From an uncultured delta proteobacterium (GTDB taxonomy: Bacteria > Desulfobacterota > Desulfobaccia > Desulfobaccales > 0-14-0-80-60-11): 64,000 nucleotides of DNA. The stretch is taken from contig CAWETI010000003.1 in NCBI GenBank assembly GCA_963812015.1, positions 1,824,001-1,888,000 of the forward strand. The letters are read 5' to 3'. The notes under the pieces are model-generated. The model was not told where the DNA came from. It ran no database searches and was given only the letters and a program-made list of their open reading frames with translations. Numbering within the stretch: position 1 is the first letter of the stretch; each line of letters starts with the position of its first letter. The translations under genes were made by a program, and so were the position numbers. Below are positions 49,507 to 59,332 of this stretch, one piece after another.

Positions 49507-49836
49507 TCACTCCAGCTCTTCAGGTTTTGGTTCCCCAGGCGCCACTTCCCGGACACAGATGGCAAAATCCGGGCAGTGCAGCTCGCACCAGCGGCAGCCG
49601 GTGCAGCGCTCGGCGTGGTCCACTACCGGCGCCCCTTCGGCATCCAGGCTGAGGCATTGCCGGGGGCAGAAGGCGGCGCAGATGCCGCAGGACTTGCACC
49701 ATTCCCGGTAGATGTTGATCCGATATTCCGGATGAGGTTTCTCGGGATGCTCGTCCCCCGGGGGAACCGTACCCGGGGCCAAGGTTTGATTCAATTTTTC
49801 CTTTGAACCTGCGTCTCTCTCCATTATTCCCATCAC
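49507..49836 (-). CDS. korD: 2x[4Fe-4S] ferredoxin (delta subunit)
   Basis: CKSCGICAAFCP, CTGCRWCELHCPDFAI. Confidence 0.9.
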   Translation of the reverse strand: MMGIMERDAGSKEKLNQTLAPGTVPPGDEHPEKPHPEYRINIYREWCKSCGICAAFCPRQCLSLDAEGAPVVDHAERCTGCRWCELHCPDFAICVREVAPGEPKPEELE

Positions 49837-49841
49837 CTTCG

Positions 49842-49912
49842 TGATAGCCGCAGACTGTATCCTGCGCCGCTGGAATTGTCCGGTGTCAACGCAGGCTAAA
49901 GCCTGCGGCTAC
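49842..49912. repeat. REP-like inverted pair (TAGCCGCAG.. / CGCAGGCTAAAGCCTGCGGCTAC)
   Basis: GTAG-type palindrome at ~49890-49912 with a degenerate partner at ~49842-49866. Confidence 0.6.
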
Positions 49913-49951
49913 ATCGCTTTCCTTCCGGGTTCCCCCAAATTCTTTAACCCT

Positions 49952-50524
49952 TCACCCCCGGCTGCGCTTCAGAAAATTGCGCAGCAGGTTGAGGCCCTCA
50001 GTGGTGAGGATCGACTCGGGGTGGAATTGAACCCCGAACACCGCCAGATCCTTATGGCGCAACCCCATGATCTCCCCCACCGAGGTTTGGGCCGAGACCG
50101 TGAGACAGTCCGGCAGACTCTCCCGTTCCACGATAAGGGAATGATAGCGCGTCGCCTCAAAGGGCGAAGGAATCCCCTGGAATAAGTCTTTGCCGTCGTG
50201 GTAGATGAGAGAGGTCTTGCCGTGCATCAGGCGGGGGGCCCGGATCACCCTCCCCCCAAACGCCGCGCCGATAGCCTGGTGCCCCAGGCAGACCCCTAGG
50301 ATGGGCAGGCGCCCGGCAAAATGGTGGATGGCGGCCAGGGAAATCCCCGCCTCATTAGGAGAACACGGGCCGGGGGAGATCACCAGTCGGCTGGGTCGGC
50401 TCGCCTCCAGGCCCGCCAGGTCAATCTGGTCATTGCGAAAGACCCGCACTTCCTCCCCCAGCTGGCCAAAATACTGGACCAGATTATAGGTGAAGGAATC
50501 GTAATTATCTATCATTACTAACAT
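49952..50524 (-). CDS. trpG: Anthranilate synthase component II
   Basis: [32 protein letters not shown]. Confidence 0.96.
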   Translation of the reverse strand: MLVMIDNYDSFTYNLVQYFGQLGEEVRVFRNDQIDLAGLEASRPSRLVISPGPCSPNEAGISLAAIHHFAGRLPILGVCLGHQAIGAAFGGRVIRAPRLMHGKTSLIYHDGKDLFQGIPSPFEATRYHSLIVERESLPDCLTVSAQTSVGEIMGLRHKDLAVFGVQFHPESILTTEGLNLLRNFLKRSRG

Positions 50525-50671
50525 AATAAACCTCTGAGATAAACCCCTTATATTTTTGCAGGAGGGGGCTTGGGGGAACCCACCGCCCACCGTAGGGGCG
50601 GACCCACGTGTCCTCCCTGGGCGCACACATGGGTGCGCCCCTACGATTAAAAGCGGGGTTCCCCCAAATCC

Positions 50672-52147
50672 TCACATCAATCCTTCCTCCGCCCGGTCCA
50701 GGGCCCGCATCAGGGCCATCCCCTTGTTCACGGTTTCCTGATACTCCGCGGCCGGGTCCGAATCCGCCACGATGCCGGCCCCCACCTGGAGATAGACCCG
50801 GCCCTGGTGGATGGTGAAGCTGCGGATCGTGATGCAAAAATCAAGATTGCCGCCGAAACTGAGATATCCCACCGCCCCGGCGTAGGGTCCCCGGCGGGTC
50901 GGCTCCAGCTCCTCGATGATCTCCATGGCCCGCACCTTGGGGGCGCCCGCGACGGTCCCGGCAGGAAAGGTTGACTTCAGCAGGTCCAGGCCGTCGTGCT
51001 CCGGGGCCAGTTCCCCCTCCACCTGAGAGACGATGTGCATAACGTGGGAGTAGCGTTCGATGCTGAACAGCTCCGGCACTCGCACGCTGCCGATCCTGGC
51101 CACCCGGCCCACGTCGTTGCGGCCTAGGTCCACCAGCATCAGGTGCTCGGCCCGCTCCTTGGGGTCGGCCAAAAGCTCGGCCTCCAGCGCCTGATCCTCG
51201 GCGGGCGTGGCGCCCCGGGGACGGGTGCCGGCGATGGGCCGGTAGCTGACCTGGCCTTCCTCCAGGCGCACCAGGATCTCCGGCGAGGCCCCCACCACCT
51301 TCATGTCCCCCTGGTCCAGGTAGAACATGTAGGGCGACGGATTGATTAAGCGCAAGGCCCGGTACAGGTCAAAGGGGTCGTGGCGCAGCGGCGTAGAAAA
51401 ACACTGGGACAGCACCACCTGGATGACGTCCCCCGCGGCGATGTACTCCTTGGCCTGCCGCACCATGGCTTCGAACCGCTCCTGGGTAAGGTTGGACTCC
51501 AGGGAGGGCCGCGGCGACGCCGGCAAGGCCTCCACCAGGGGCACCGGCTGGCGCAGGCGCCCGATAATCACGTCGATGGCCGCCACCGCACGGTCATATT
51601 GGCCCTTAAGGGGCGCGGCCGGGTCGAGGTGCACCAGGGTCAGGATCTTGATGGTCTGGCGCAGGTTGTCGAAAATCAGCAGGTTGTCCGCCAACATCAA
51701 TTGGGCCTCGGGCATGGCGATGGGGGGGTTGAGGGACGGCAGCCGCTCGATATAGCGCACCATGTCGTAGCCCAGGTAGCCTACCAGCCCGCCCCAGAAC
51801 CGGGGCAGCCCCGCCGTGGCCACCGGCCTGAACCCGGCCAAAAGGCCTCGCAGGTGCTCGAAGGGGTCGGCGGCGGGGTCCAGAATTTCCCTGCGCCCCT
51901 GGCGGTGGATGACCGTTTTGCCGCCCTCAACCTGGAACATCAGGGACGGATTGAGGCCCAGAAAACTGAAGCGGCCCCATTTTTCACCACCTTCCACGCT
52001 CTCCAAAAGGAAGGAACACCCCTCGCCCCGCAACTTCTTGTAGGCCGACACCGGGGTCTCCAGGTCCCCCAGGATCTCGCGATAGACCGGGATCAGGTTG
52101 CCCTGCCGGGCCATGTCGCTAAACGTGCCAAAATCCGGATAAACCAT
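50672..52147 (-). CDS. trpE: Anthranilate synthase component I
   Basis: LLES (Trp feedback), NPSPYM, IAGTRPRG, EHLMLVDLGRND, GAPKVRAM. Confidence 0.97.
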   Translation of the reverse strand: MVYPDFGTFSDMARQGNLIPVYREILGDLETPVSAYKKLRGEGCSFLLESVEGGEKWGRFSFLGLNPSLMFQVEGGKTVIHRQGRREILDPAADPFEHLRGLLAGFRPVATAGLPRFWGGLVGYLGYDMVRYIERLPSLNPPIAMPEAQLMLADNLLIFDNLRQTIKILTLVHLDPAAPLKGQYDRAVAAIDVIIGRLRQPVPLVEALPASPRPSLESNLTQERFEAMVRQAKEYIAAGDVIQVVLSQCFSTPLRHDPFDLYRALRLINPSPYMFYLDQGDMKVVGASPEILVRLEEGQVSYRPIAGTRPRGATPAEDQALEAELLADPKERAEHLMLVDLGRNDVGRVARIGSVRVPELFSIERYSHVMHIVSQVEGELAPEHDGLDLLKSTFPAGTVAGAPKVRAMEIIEELEPTRRGPYAGAVGYLSFGGNLDFCITIRSFTIHQGRVYLQVGAGIVADSDPAAEYQETVNKGMALMRALDRAEEGLM

Positions 52148-52455
52148 GCCTGCTCCAAAGAAAAGAGAATATTTTATCAGAGGTTCAGGGAGCTTCGCCC
52201 CATGTCCCCCCTACAATCTGACGATTGCGCTTGTGCGGGGAGAGGGCTAAGGGCTTTTTTGTAAGGTGCCCTTACCCCCTCCCCCCACACCCTCCACCCC
52301 CCCCACCCCCATAAGGGGGTGAGAAATGGGAATTATTGGTGGGGCGAGCCTCCGTGCCCGCCATGCCTCCATCATCCTTCACAATCATTGGTGGCGCAGG
52401 CGTCTCGCCTGTGCATCTTGCTGTGAACCTTAATCCACTATACCATCAAAACCAT

Positions 52456-52492
52456 AAAAAAAAGCCAGGCCCCCATTGGGCCACGGCTTTTT
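52456..52492 (-). terminator. Second intrinsic-terminator-like hairpin in trp leader
   Basis: Minus strand AAAAAGCCGTGGCCCAATGGGGGCCTGGCTTTTTTTT. Confidence 0.55.
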
Positions 52493-52498
52493 CCGCCT

Positions 52499-52531
52499 AA
52501 AAAAACCGGGGCCCCTCTCGTGAGGGGCCCC
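52499..52531 (-). terminator. trp attenuator terminator
   Basis: Minus strand GGGGCCCCTC-ACGA-GAGGGGCCCC-GG-T7; CCTCACGA is complementary to TCGTGAGG at the leader ORF end (antiterminator). Confidence 0.85.
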
Positions 52532-52560
52532 AAAATATCAAACCTGTTGCCGGACGCACC

Positions 52561-52617
52561 TCACGAACCCGCCATCACGCGCCACCAGCACCAACTGAAT
52601 TCAAAGGTAATTTCCAT
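52561..52617 (-). CDS. trpL: trp operon leader peptide MEITFEFSWCWWRVMAGS
   Basis: 18-aa ORF with W-C-W-W directly upstream of the attenuator and trpE. Confidence 0.88.
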   Translation of the reverse strand: MEITFEFSWCWWRVMAGS

Positions 52618-52624
52618 AGCTGAA

Positions 52625-52653
52625 AAATTATCTCATCAGCAACGGGGTGTCAA
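52625..52653 (-). promoter_or_regulatory. sigma70 promoter of trp leader
   Basis: TTGACA-17 nt-TAATTT, 7 nt before the trpL ATG. Confidence 0.7.
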
Positions 52654-53849
52654 GCTTTATCCTTGTCTTTATCAATAAAGCCGGGCTGGGCGGACATAAT
52701 GGATAGACGCCGAGAGGTAAGATTGAAATAGAGCAGAACTACTAATATTAACGGAGTTATCTGCAGCATATTCTCGTACGCCAGAACTCTGGATAACAGA
52801 GGCGTAATCCAGGCCAGAATCAGGAAGATCTTATCATTGACCAGCCAGCCCTTTTGATACCCTTCCCAACCAATCCATGCAGCGGGAATGGCCAGCCGTA
52901 CCAATTCGTATTCCGAAGCATAGGGCGTAAACAACAAGCTGCCGATGACCAATACCGAAACCCGAATAGCCATGGCCTCCCTCCGGGACCACGTCCAAAT
53001 CACAACGCCAACCATTGCGGCCATCGCCAGTCCCTGGATAATATAGGCTGCAGTCAGATTTCCCCCCGCCTGGAGAGTTGCAGCAAAGAGAGTAGGCATA
53101 ATTTTTAAAGAGGCTAACCCCTGTTGGAGGGCTTGCATGGGCAGGCTACGAATGTGCCAATAGGCCAGCCAGGGTTCCCAGCCAAAAGCCAGGATACTGG
53201 CAAAGGCCAGAATTCCGGCGGAAACCATGGGGGCCCCCAGAGTTCGCCAATAGCGACCAGCAAGCAATGCCAATGGAATCAAAACAAAAAAATTAGGCTT
53301 GTAACTGAGCAGCCCGAATAAAATTCCCGCCATGACGGGCGAGCCTTCCATCAGGAGCAGGCCCCCGCCCAATAGCGCGGCCGAAAATAGGCCATTTTGC
53401 CCATAATTGAGGTTCATCAATGCCCCGGGAAATGATAAGGCCAGCCAGATGGTCAGGGGATGGGGGGCACTGAGTCTGATTACCAAGAGATAGGCACTGA
53501 GAGTCAACACCAGCCACATTATAAGAGAGGGATAATAAGGCAGGAAAGACAGGGGCAAGACCATAAGTAAGAAAGTCGGAGGGTAGAACCAGGGAGTCGG
53601 AAACGGTTGGCCGTTTGCCTGAGCCAAGGCCGGATAGAATTGCGCCGTATCATAAACCGCCGCGGGCTTCCCAGCTGCGACAAAGGAAGATCCAACCCAG
53701 AATTCGAGAAAGTCGTTCTTGCTTAAAGGGCCTTCCAAATTTAATGCCCAGCGAACCAGTATATTCCCTACATAGGCAACAATAATTATCTTAGGTATTA
53801 TTGTCAGTATCTTTAGTAACAGCCAATCCCAATCAACGGCAATCTTCAT
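52650..53849 (-). CDS. GT87-family (DUF2029) membrane glycosyltransferase
   Basis: DFLEFW, WFYPPTFLL, GQNG, YKP; multiple TM segments. Confidence 0.85.
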   Translation of the reverse strand: MKIAVDWDWLLLKILTIIPKIIIVAYVGNILVRWALNLEGPLSKNDFLEFWVGSSFVAAGKPAAVYDTAQFYPALAQANGQPFPTPWFYPPTFLLMVLPLSFLPYYPSLIMWLVLTLSAYLLVIRLSAPHPLTIWLALSFPGALMNLNYGQNGLFSAALLGGGLLLMEGSPVMAGILFGLLSYKPNFFVLIPLALLAGRYWRTLGAPMVSAGILAFASILAFGWEPWLAYWHIRSLPMQALQQGLASLKIMPTLFAATLQAGGNLTAAYIIQGLAMAAMVGVVIWTWSRREAMAIRVSVLVIGSLLFTPYASEYELVRLAIPAAWIGWEGYQKGWLVNDKIFLILAWITPLLSRVLAYENMLQITPLILVVLLYFNLTSRRLSIMSAQPGFIDKDKDKA

Positions 53850-53886
53850 GCTGAATTTTTCCGGAAAACTTTTCTTCTCGGGGTTA

Positions 53887-54750
53887 TTATCTTAATGATT
53901 GGGACAATTTATCCGCCTTGATTAACGACAACAATCGTGAATGAATCAGATCATTACTGCCTACAATATTGGGGGCGCAGATGTCGTAATCGCCGCCGTC
54001 GAAGGTGGTGATCTTGCCCCTGGCCTCGGTGACAATGACCACACCCGCGGCGGTGTCCCAGGGCTTCAGGTTTTCTTCATAGTAGCCGTCAAAGCGGCCG
54101 CAGGCCACGTAGCACATGTCCAGGGCCGCGGCCCCGGCCCGGCGTACCCCCTGTGCGCTAGCCACCACCCGACCTAACCGGGCCATGCTCTCGGGCACCC
54201 GCTCCCGGATGTCGTAGGGAAAGCCCGTGGCGATGAGGGCCCGGGACATTTGCGCCGTCTCGGATACCCGGATAGGCCGGCCGTTGAGTCTGGCCCCCCC
54301 TCCCCTTCTGCCCTCGAAGAGCTCATCCCGCAGGGGGTCATAGATAACTCCGTATTCCAGGAGGCCGTCCGCCTCGCACGCGATGGACACGCAAAACATG
54401 GGAAACCCGTGGGCGAAGTTGACGGTGCCGTCCAGGGGGTCGATGATCCAGCGGCAGGTCGGCGCCGGCTCGGCCTCCCAGGCCAGGCCGGGATGACCCG
54501 GTTCCAGGGCAGCCAAGGGCGGCTGCCCCACCCCCCCCTCCCCTACCCTCTCCTCGGCCAGAAACTCGTGGTCCGGGAAGGTCTGGCGGATCATCCCGAT
54601 GATAATCTCCTGGCACTGAAAATCGGTCTCGGTCACCGGGTCGATGGTCCCCTTCATGGTGATCTGGTGGGGTTTCTGGTAGTTGAGGCGCATCACCGCG
54701 CCCGCCGCCAGGGCGGCTTGCCGCCCGATCTGGGCGATTTTATCTGGCAT
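53887..54750 (-). CDS. suhB: Inositol monophosphatase family protein
   Basis: VTETD, AEE, WIIDPLDGTVNF, GAAALD, PWDTAAG. Confidence 0.93.
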   Translation of the reverse strand: MPDKIAQIGRQAALAAGAVMRLNYQKPHQITMKGTIDPVTETDFQCQEIIIGMIRQTFPDHEFLAEERVGEGGVGQPPLAALEPGHPGLAWEAEPAPTCRWIIDPLDGTVNFAHGFPMFCVSIACEADGLLEYGVIYDPLRDELFEGRRGGGARLNGRPIRVSETAQMSRALIATGFPYDIRERVPESMARLGRVVASAQGVRRAGAAALDMCYVACGRFDGYYEENLKPWDTAAGVVIVTEARGKITTFDGGDYDICAPNIVGSNDLIHSRLLSLIKADKLSQSLR

Positions 54751-54850
54751 ATGATTAATTCCTTGCCTGGCAGGCAGGTTGGAAATGATGGCAATAAATG
54801 AGATGCTGGTACGCAGTGCGCACCCTATAAAAAAAACAAAAACCGGCTGC

Positions 54851-55300
54851 TCAGGAGCCCACCGTCAGGAGCTGAAAGCCGGTCTGGGGGTCCTTTTGGC
54901 GCCGGGCGTCGGTCCCGAGGATTTCCAGTACGACCACCTCGCCCACCAGCCAGACGTCCACCCCAGCCCGGGTGCAGCCCACCGTGGCCCCCCCTTCCCG
55001 GCCCGCGGCGGCGTGCATGTGCAGCATGGGCGTCCCCGCCTCGTCGGGGATCAGGGTCCCCACTGCCAGGACTTCCTGGGAGCCGGTGAGCTGGTGGATC
55101 AGGGGCACGACCGCGTCAAGCCGCTGGGCATCGGGACCCACCACCACTTTGCTGCCCGTGGCCGACCCACCCAGGTAGAAGGCCAGGGCGTGTTTTAGCC
55201 CCTGCTCCCGGGCGAAGGTCTCCAGCGTATCATTGAGGCGCTCCCCGTCCTCCAGTCGCAAGACGAAGACCCGTCCCATCCTGCCTTCCGTGTACTGCAT
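54851..55300 (-). CDS. PPC/DUF296 domain protein
   Basis: RVFVLRLEDGE, GTL, LHMHAAAGR. Confidence 0.85.
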   Translation of the reverse strand: MQYTEGRMGRVFVLRLEDGERLNDTLETFAREQGLKHALAFYLGGSATGSKVVVGPDAQRLDAVVPLIHQLTGSQEVLAVGTLIPDEAGTPMLHMHAAAGREGGATVGCTRAGVDVWLVGEVVVLEILGTDARRQKDPQTGFQLLTVGS

Positions 55301-55562
55301 GCCGCCTCCCTTGAGGTGTTGATGCCGAGTCGTCATCAAACCAGTGGCCCGGGCTTTCCCCCGCGGCTACCAAAGAACTTATTGCTCGCAACTCGGTATG
55401 ACAACTCCCTTTATGGAATGTCTCAACTATACCATTACTTAAACGCATTCGCCCTTAACCTCCCCCTCCCTTAAAGGAAGGGGGTTAGGGGGAGGTGAAT
55501 GGTAAGGCTGTGCAGTTATTTTAACTTTTATCAACCCCAGCCTGCCCCTACGAGCAGGGGCC

Positions 55563-56279
55563 TCATTTCTTCTTGCCTTTGCTGCTCCCCTGCTTTTTGG
55601 AGGCGGGTTTGGAATGAGCCGGGGCCGGGGTCAGGGGCGTGAACAGGTTGACCGTGACCAACCCGATAAAGAACCCCCCCAGGTGGGCCATCCAGGCCAC
55701 GGTGCCGCCGTTCCTCAGGCCGTAGAACTGTAACGCCAGCCACAGTCCCAGCCAGACGAAGGCGGGGATGTACACCGTTTCCGGGCGTAGCCGCCAGAAA
55801 ACTATGGTGCAGATGGGCGATTTGGGCAGTCGGATCAGATACCCCCCCAAAACCCCGGCAATGGCGCCGCTGGCTCCGATGAGGGGTACGGCCAGGCTGG
55901 AAGCCGCCAGCACGTGGAAGATGCAGGCAAAGAAGCCGCAGAAAAAGTAAAAGCCGAAAAACCGTCCGGGGCCTAGGTCATCCTCCAGGGCTTCCCCAAA
56001 GACCCAGAGAAACCACATATTGCCGATGAGGTGCACCCAGCCGGCGTGGAGGAAGAGGGAACTGAACATGGTAGGCAGCAGCCCCACGGACTGCCGGAGG
56101 CTCAAGACCTTGAGCCGGCTGAGCTTAGCGGCCACCGCCCCCTTGTGGTAAAACAGGTCCGTGGCCGCATCGGAGCCGATGTGGAGTTGATAGAGAAAAA
56201 TCGCCACATTCACCACGATCAGCCCCAGGGTGATCCAGGGCCACCGGTGTTTGGCCGGGGCCCCCCTGATAGGAATCAT
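55563..56279 (-). CDS. Rhomboid intramembrane serine protease
   Basis: FLHAGWVHLIGNM, GASGA, AHLGGF. Confidence 0.92.
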   Translation of the reverse strand: MIPIRGAPAKHRWPWITLGLIVVNVAIFLYQLHIGSDAATDLFYHKGAVAAKLSRLKVLSLRQSVGLLPTMFSSLFLHAGWVHLIGNMWFLWVFGEALEDDLGPGRFFGFYFFCGFFACIFHVLAASSLAVPLIGASGAIAGVLGGYLIRLPKSPICTIVFWRLRPETVYIPAFVWLGLWLALQFYGLRNGGTVAWMAHLGGFFIGLVTVNLFTPLTPAPAHSKPASKKQGSSKGKKK

Positions 56280-56639
56280 GCCGCAGCTCCGGCGTGCAAA
56301 TCCTGAGGCCCGGGCCCGATAAGCGCAACCCGGCCTGGATGACGATGCGGTGTACATCTGGCGGTGGACACCATGGGTTCTCGGTTAAGCTCCCTCTTGT
56401 GGCCGCGAGTTATTCATCAGGGCGTTAACCAAGTCCCTTCCCTTTTCCCCCTTCTCCTCGGAGGAGAGGGTTGGAGTGGCGGTGAAGGTGACTTGATTCC
56501 TGGTCCGGGTAGTAAGAACGGGAAGAGTTAACTCACCCCGGCCTTTCAGCCCCGCGCATTGTACCCCAATCCCTCATAGCTGTCCAGACCCGGAAAGCGC
56601 GGAGTTGACAAGGGGAGGAGTTTCTAATAAAAAGACTAC

Positions 56640-57974
56640 ATGGTGCGGCCCAAGAGAAAATTGTACATTCGGACGTTTGGCTGCCAGATGAACGTGGCCG
56701 ATTCCGAACTGATGGCCCAGGTTTTGGGGGAGGAATACGACCTGACGGCCCGGGCCGAGGACGCCGACCTCTACCTGATCAACACCTGCGCCATTCGCCA
56801 CAAATCCCAGGAGAAGGTCAAAAGTCTCCTGGGCAGTTTAAAGTTTCTCAAGCAGCAGCGCCCCCAGCTTATCCTGGGGGTCGGGGGCTGCGTGGCCCAA
56901 CAGGAGGGCGAGCGGCTCCTGGCTGTGGCCCCCCATCTCAATCTGGTATTCGGCACCAAGGGCATCTACCGGCTGCCAGCCCTGGTGAACCGGGCCGTGC
57001 AGGGCGAACGGGTGGTGGACGTGACCCTGGAACGGCACTTTCCGGACCTGCCCCACCGCGCCTGGTCGCCGCGCACGGTGCAGACCATGGTGACGATCAT
57101 GCAGGGCTGCGATAACTTCTGCACCTTCTGTGTGGTCCCCTACGTCCGGGGCCGGGAGGTCAGCCGGGAGCCCGCCGCCATCCTGGACGAAGTCGCGGCT
57201 TTTCTTGAGGCCGGTGGCCAGGAAGTGACCCTCCTGGGCCAGAACGTCAATTCCTATGGCCGGGGCTTGCCGGAGCCCATCACTTTTCCCCAACTGCTGC
57301 GCCGTCTGAATCGGCTGCCGGGCCTGAATCGCCTGCGGTTCGCCACCTCCCACCCCCGGGACCTGTCGCCTGAGCTCATCAGCGCCTTTGGCGAACTCAG
57401 CGCCCTGTGCGAACATCTCCATTTGCCGGTGCAGTCCGGGGCCAACCGCATCCTCCGGAGGATGAACCGGGGCTACACCCGGGAACACTACCTGGAAAAG
57501 GTCGTGTCTCTCCGGGGCGCCTGCCCTGACCTCGCTCTGTCCACCGACCTGATCGTCGGCTTTCCCGGGGAAACCGAGGCGGATTTTGACCAGACCCTGG
57601 ACCTGATGCGGGAAGCGGAGTTCGATCAGGCCTTTTCCTTCAAATATTCCCCCCGCCCCCAGACCCGGGCGGCGACCTTCCCAGAACAGGTGCCGGAAGA
57701 GATTAAGGCGGATCGCCTGGCTCGCCTCCAAGCCTTGCAGGATGAGCTTACCCGGAAATCTCATGCCCGTCTCGTGGGCCAGGAGCGGGAGGTCTTGGTG
57801 GAAGGCCCGAGTAAACGCTCCGCCCAGGAGTTGTGCGGACGTCTCAAGACCAACCAGATCGTCAACTTTAACGGACCCCGGGAATTGGCGGGACGTCTGG
57901 CCCGGGTTATCATAACCGAGGCTCACCCCCATTCTCTGAAAGGCCGATGGGTGCAGGGCTCGTCCACCTCGTAA
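56640..57974 (+). CDS. miaB: tRNA-i6A37 methylthiotransferase MiaB
   Basis: TFGCQMN, NTCAIR, GCVAQ, CDNFCTFC, LLGQNVN, TRAM domain. Confidence 0.96.
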   Translation: MVRPKRKLYIRTFGCQMNVADSELMAQVLGEEYDLTARAEDADLYLINTCAIRHKSQEKVKSLLGSLKFLKQQRPQLILGVGGCVAQQEGERLLAVAPHLNLVFGTKGIYRLPALVNRAVQGERVVDVTLERHFPDLPHRAWSPRTVQTMVTIMQGCDNFCTFCVVPYVRGREVSREPAAILDEVAAFLEAGGQEVTLLGQNVNSYGRGLPEPITFPQLLRRLNRLPGLNRLRFATSHPRDLSPELISAFGELSALCEHLHLPVQSGANRILRRMNRGYTREHYLEKVVSLRGACPDLALSTDLIVGFPGETEADFDQTLDLMREAEFDQAFSFKYSPRPQTRAATFPEQVPEEIKADRLARLQALQDELTRKSHARLVGQEREVLVEGPSKRSAQELCGRLKTNQIVNFNGPRELAGRLARVIITEAHPHSLKGRWVQGSSTS

Positions 57975-58014
57975 CCGTGGGGAGGCGCTGGTGGCCATCC
58001 CCGAGGGAGGCATC

Positions 58015-58512
58015 ATGCTAAGAGAAATGACGGTTTCCGGGTTGACCATCGACCCCTTCACCAACAGCCCCATCATGATCCTCAAGGATGTGGACTCGGA
58101 CAAAGCCGTCCCCATCTGGATCGGGTTGCTGGAGGCCACCGCCATTGCCAGTGAGTTGGAGAACATCAAGTTCTCCCGCCCCATGACCCATGATCTGTTG
58201 AGAAATATCATGGATCTCATGGAGACCACGGTGACCAAGGTGGAGGTTTGCGACCTGCGCGATAACACCTATTTTGCCCTTATCTACCTTATCCGGGACG
58301 GCCGGGAAGTCAGCATCGACGCCCGGCCCAGCGATGCCATCGCCATCGCCCTGCGCACCAAGGCCCCCATCTTCGTGGCCGAGGTGGTGATCCAAAAGGC
58401 CCGGCGCGTGGACCTGACCGCCAAAGAGGCCATCACCACCGAAGACGCCAAGAAGTGGACCGAGGTGCTGGAAAGCCTGGACCCGGAAGATTTCGGCAAA
58501 TATAAGATGTAA
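58015..58512 (+). CDS. Bifunctional nuclease family (DUF151) protein
   Basis: PIWIG..EA, RPMTHDL, IDARPSDAIA. Confidence 0.93.
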   Translation: MLREMTVSGLTIDPFTNSPIMILKDVDSDKAVPIWIGLLEATAIASELENIKFSRPMTHDLLRNIMDLMETTVTKVEVCDLRDNTYFALIYLIRDGREVSIDARPSDAIAIALRTKAPIFVAEVVIQKARRVDLTAKEAITTEDAKKWTEVLESLDPEDFGKYKM

Positions 58513-58601
58513 GGAAAACCGGCGTACATCTGACCACGCCGCATGGCCAGGCGGCCCCACGCCGGAAAAATCCCCGCTGGCTCGATAATGAGAGCTGCAA
58601 T

Positions 58602-59255
58602 ATGATCGATCTCCATACCCATTCCCTGTATAGCGACGGCGAACTGGTGCCGGCAGAGCTGTGGCGCCGGGCCCAGGTGAAAGGATACCGCTATCTCGCC
58701 ATCACCGATCATGTGGATGCCTCCAATTTCGAGGTGGTCTTCAGCCGGCTGAAAGCCGCGGCCTTGAGCCTTAACCGGGGGGACTACCCGGTGCTCATCC
58801 CCGGCCTGGAGTTCACCCACCTGCCCCCGGCCCTCATTGCCCCCCTGACCGCCCAGGCCCGGGCCCTGGGGGTGCCCCTCATCGTGGTCCACGGTGAGAG
58901 CCTGGCGGAACCGGTGGCTCCGGGCACCAACCGGGCCGCCATCGAGGCCGATATCGACATCCTGGCCCACCCCGGCCTTATCACCCTGGATGAAGCCGCC
59001 CGGGCCCGGGAACGTGGCGTCTTTCTGGAGATCTCCGCCCGCAAAGGCCACTGCCTGGCCAACGGCCACGTGGCCCGGACCGCCCTGGAAGTGGGCGCGT
59101 CTCTGCTGGTCAACACCGACTCCCACGGCCCCTCGGACCTCATCACCCGGCACCAGGCGGAGCGCATCGCCCGGGGCGCAGGCCTCACGGAGGCCGCGGT
59201 CCATACCCTCTTTGCCGACGCCGAATCCCTGGCCCGCCGTCTGGCAGAGCTGTAA
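58602..59255 (+). CDS. PHP-family phosphoesterase
   Basis: DLHTHS..SDG, ITDH, VHGE, LAHPG, NTDSH. Confidence 0.92.
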   Translation: MIDLHTHSLYSDGELVPAELWRRAQVKGYRYLAITDHVDASNFEVVFSRLKAAALSLNRGDYPVLIPGLEFTHLPPALIAPLTAQARALGVPLIVVHGESLAEPVAPGTNRAAIEADIDILAHPGLITLDEAARARERGVFLEISARKGHCLANGHVARTALEVGASLLVNTDSHGPSDLITRHQAERIARGAGLTEAAVHTLFADAESLARRLAEL

Positions 59256-59332
59256 AACGCTTGTGGTATGCATTAAGTTAATTCTTTTATTATTTCCTAA
59301 ATTCCCTGATAGGGCAAAAGGAGAATATAACC

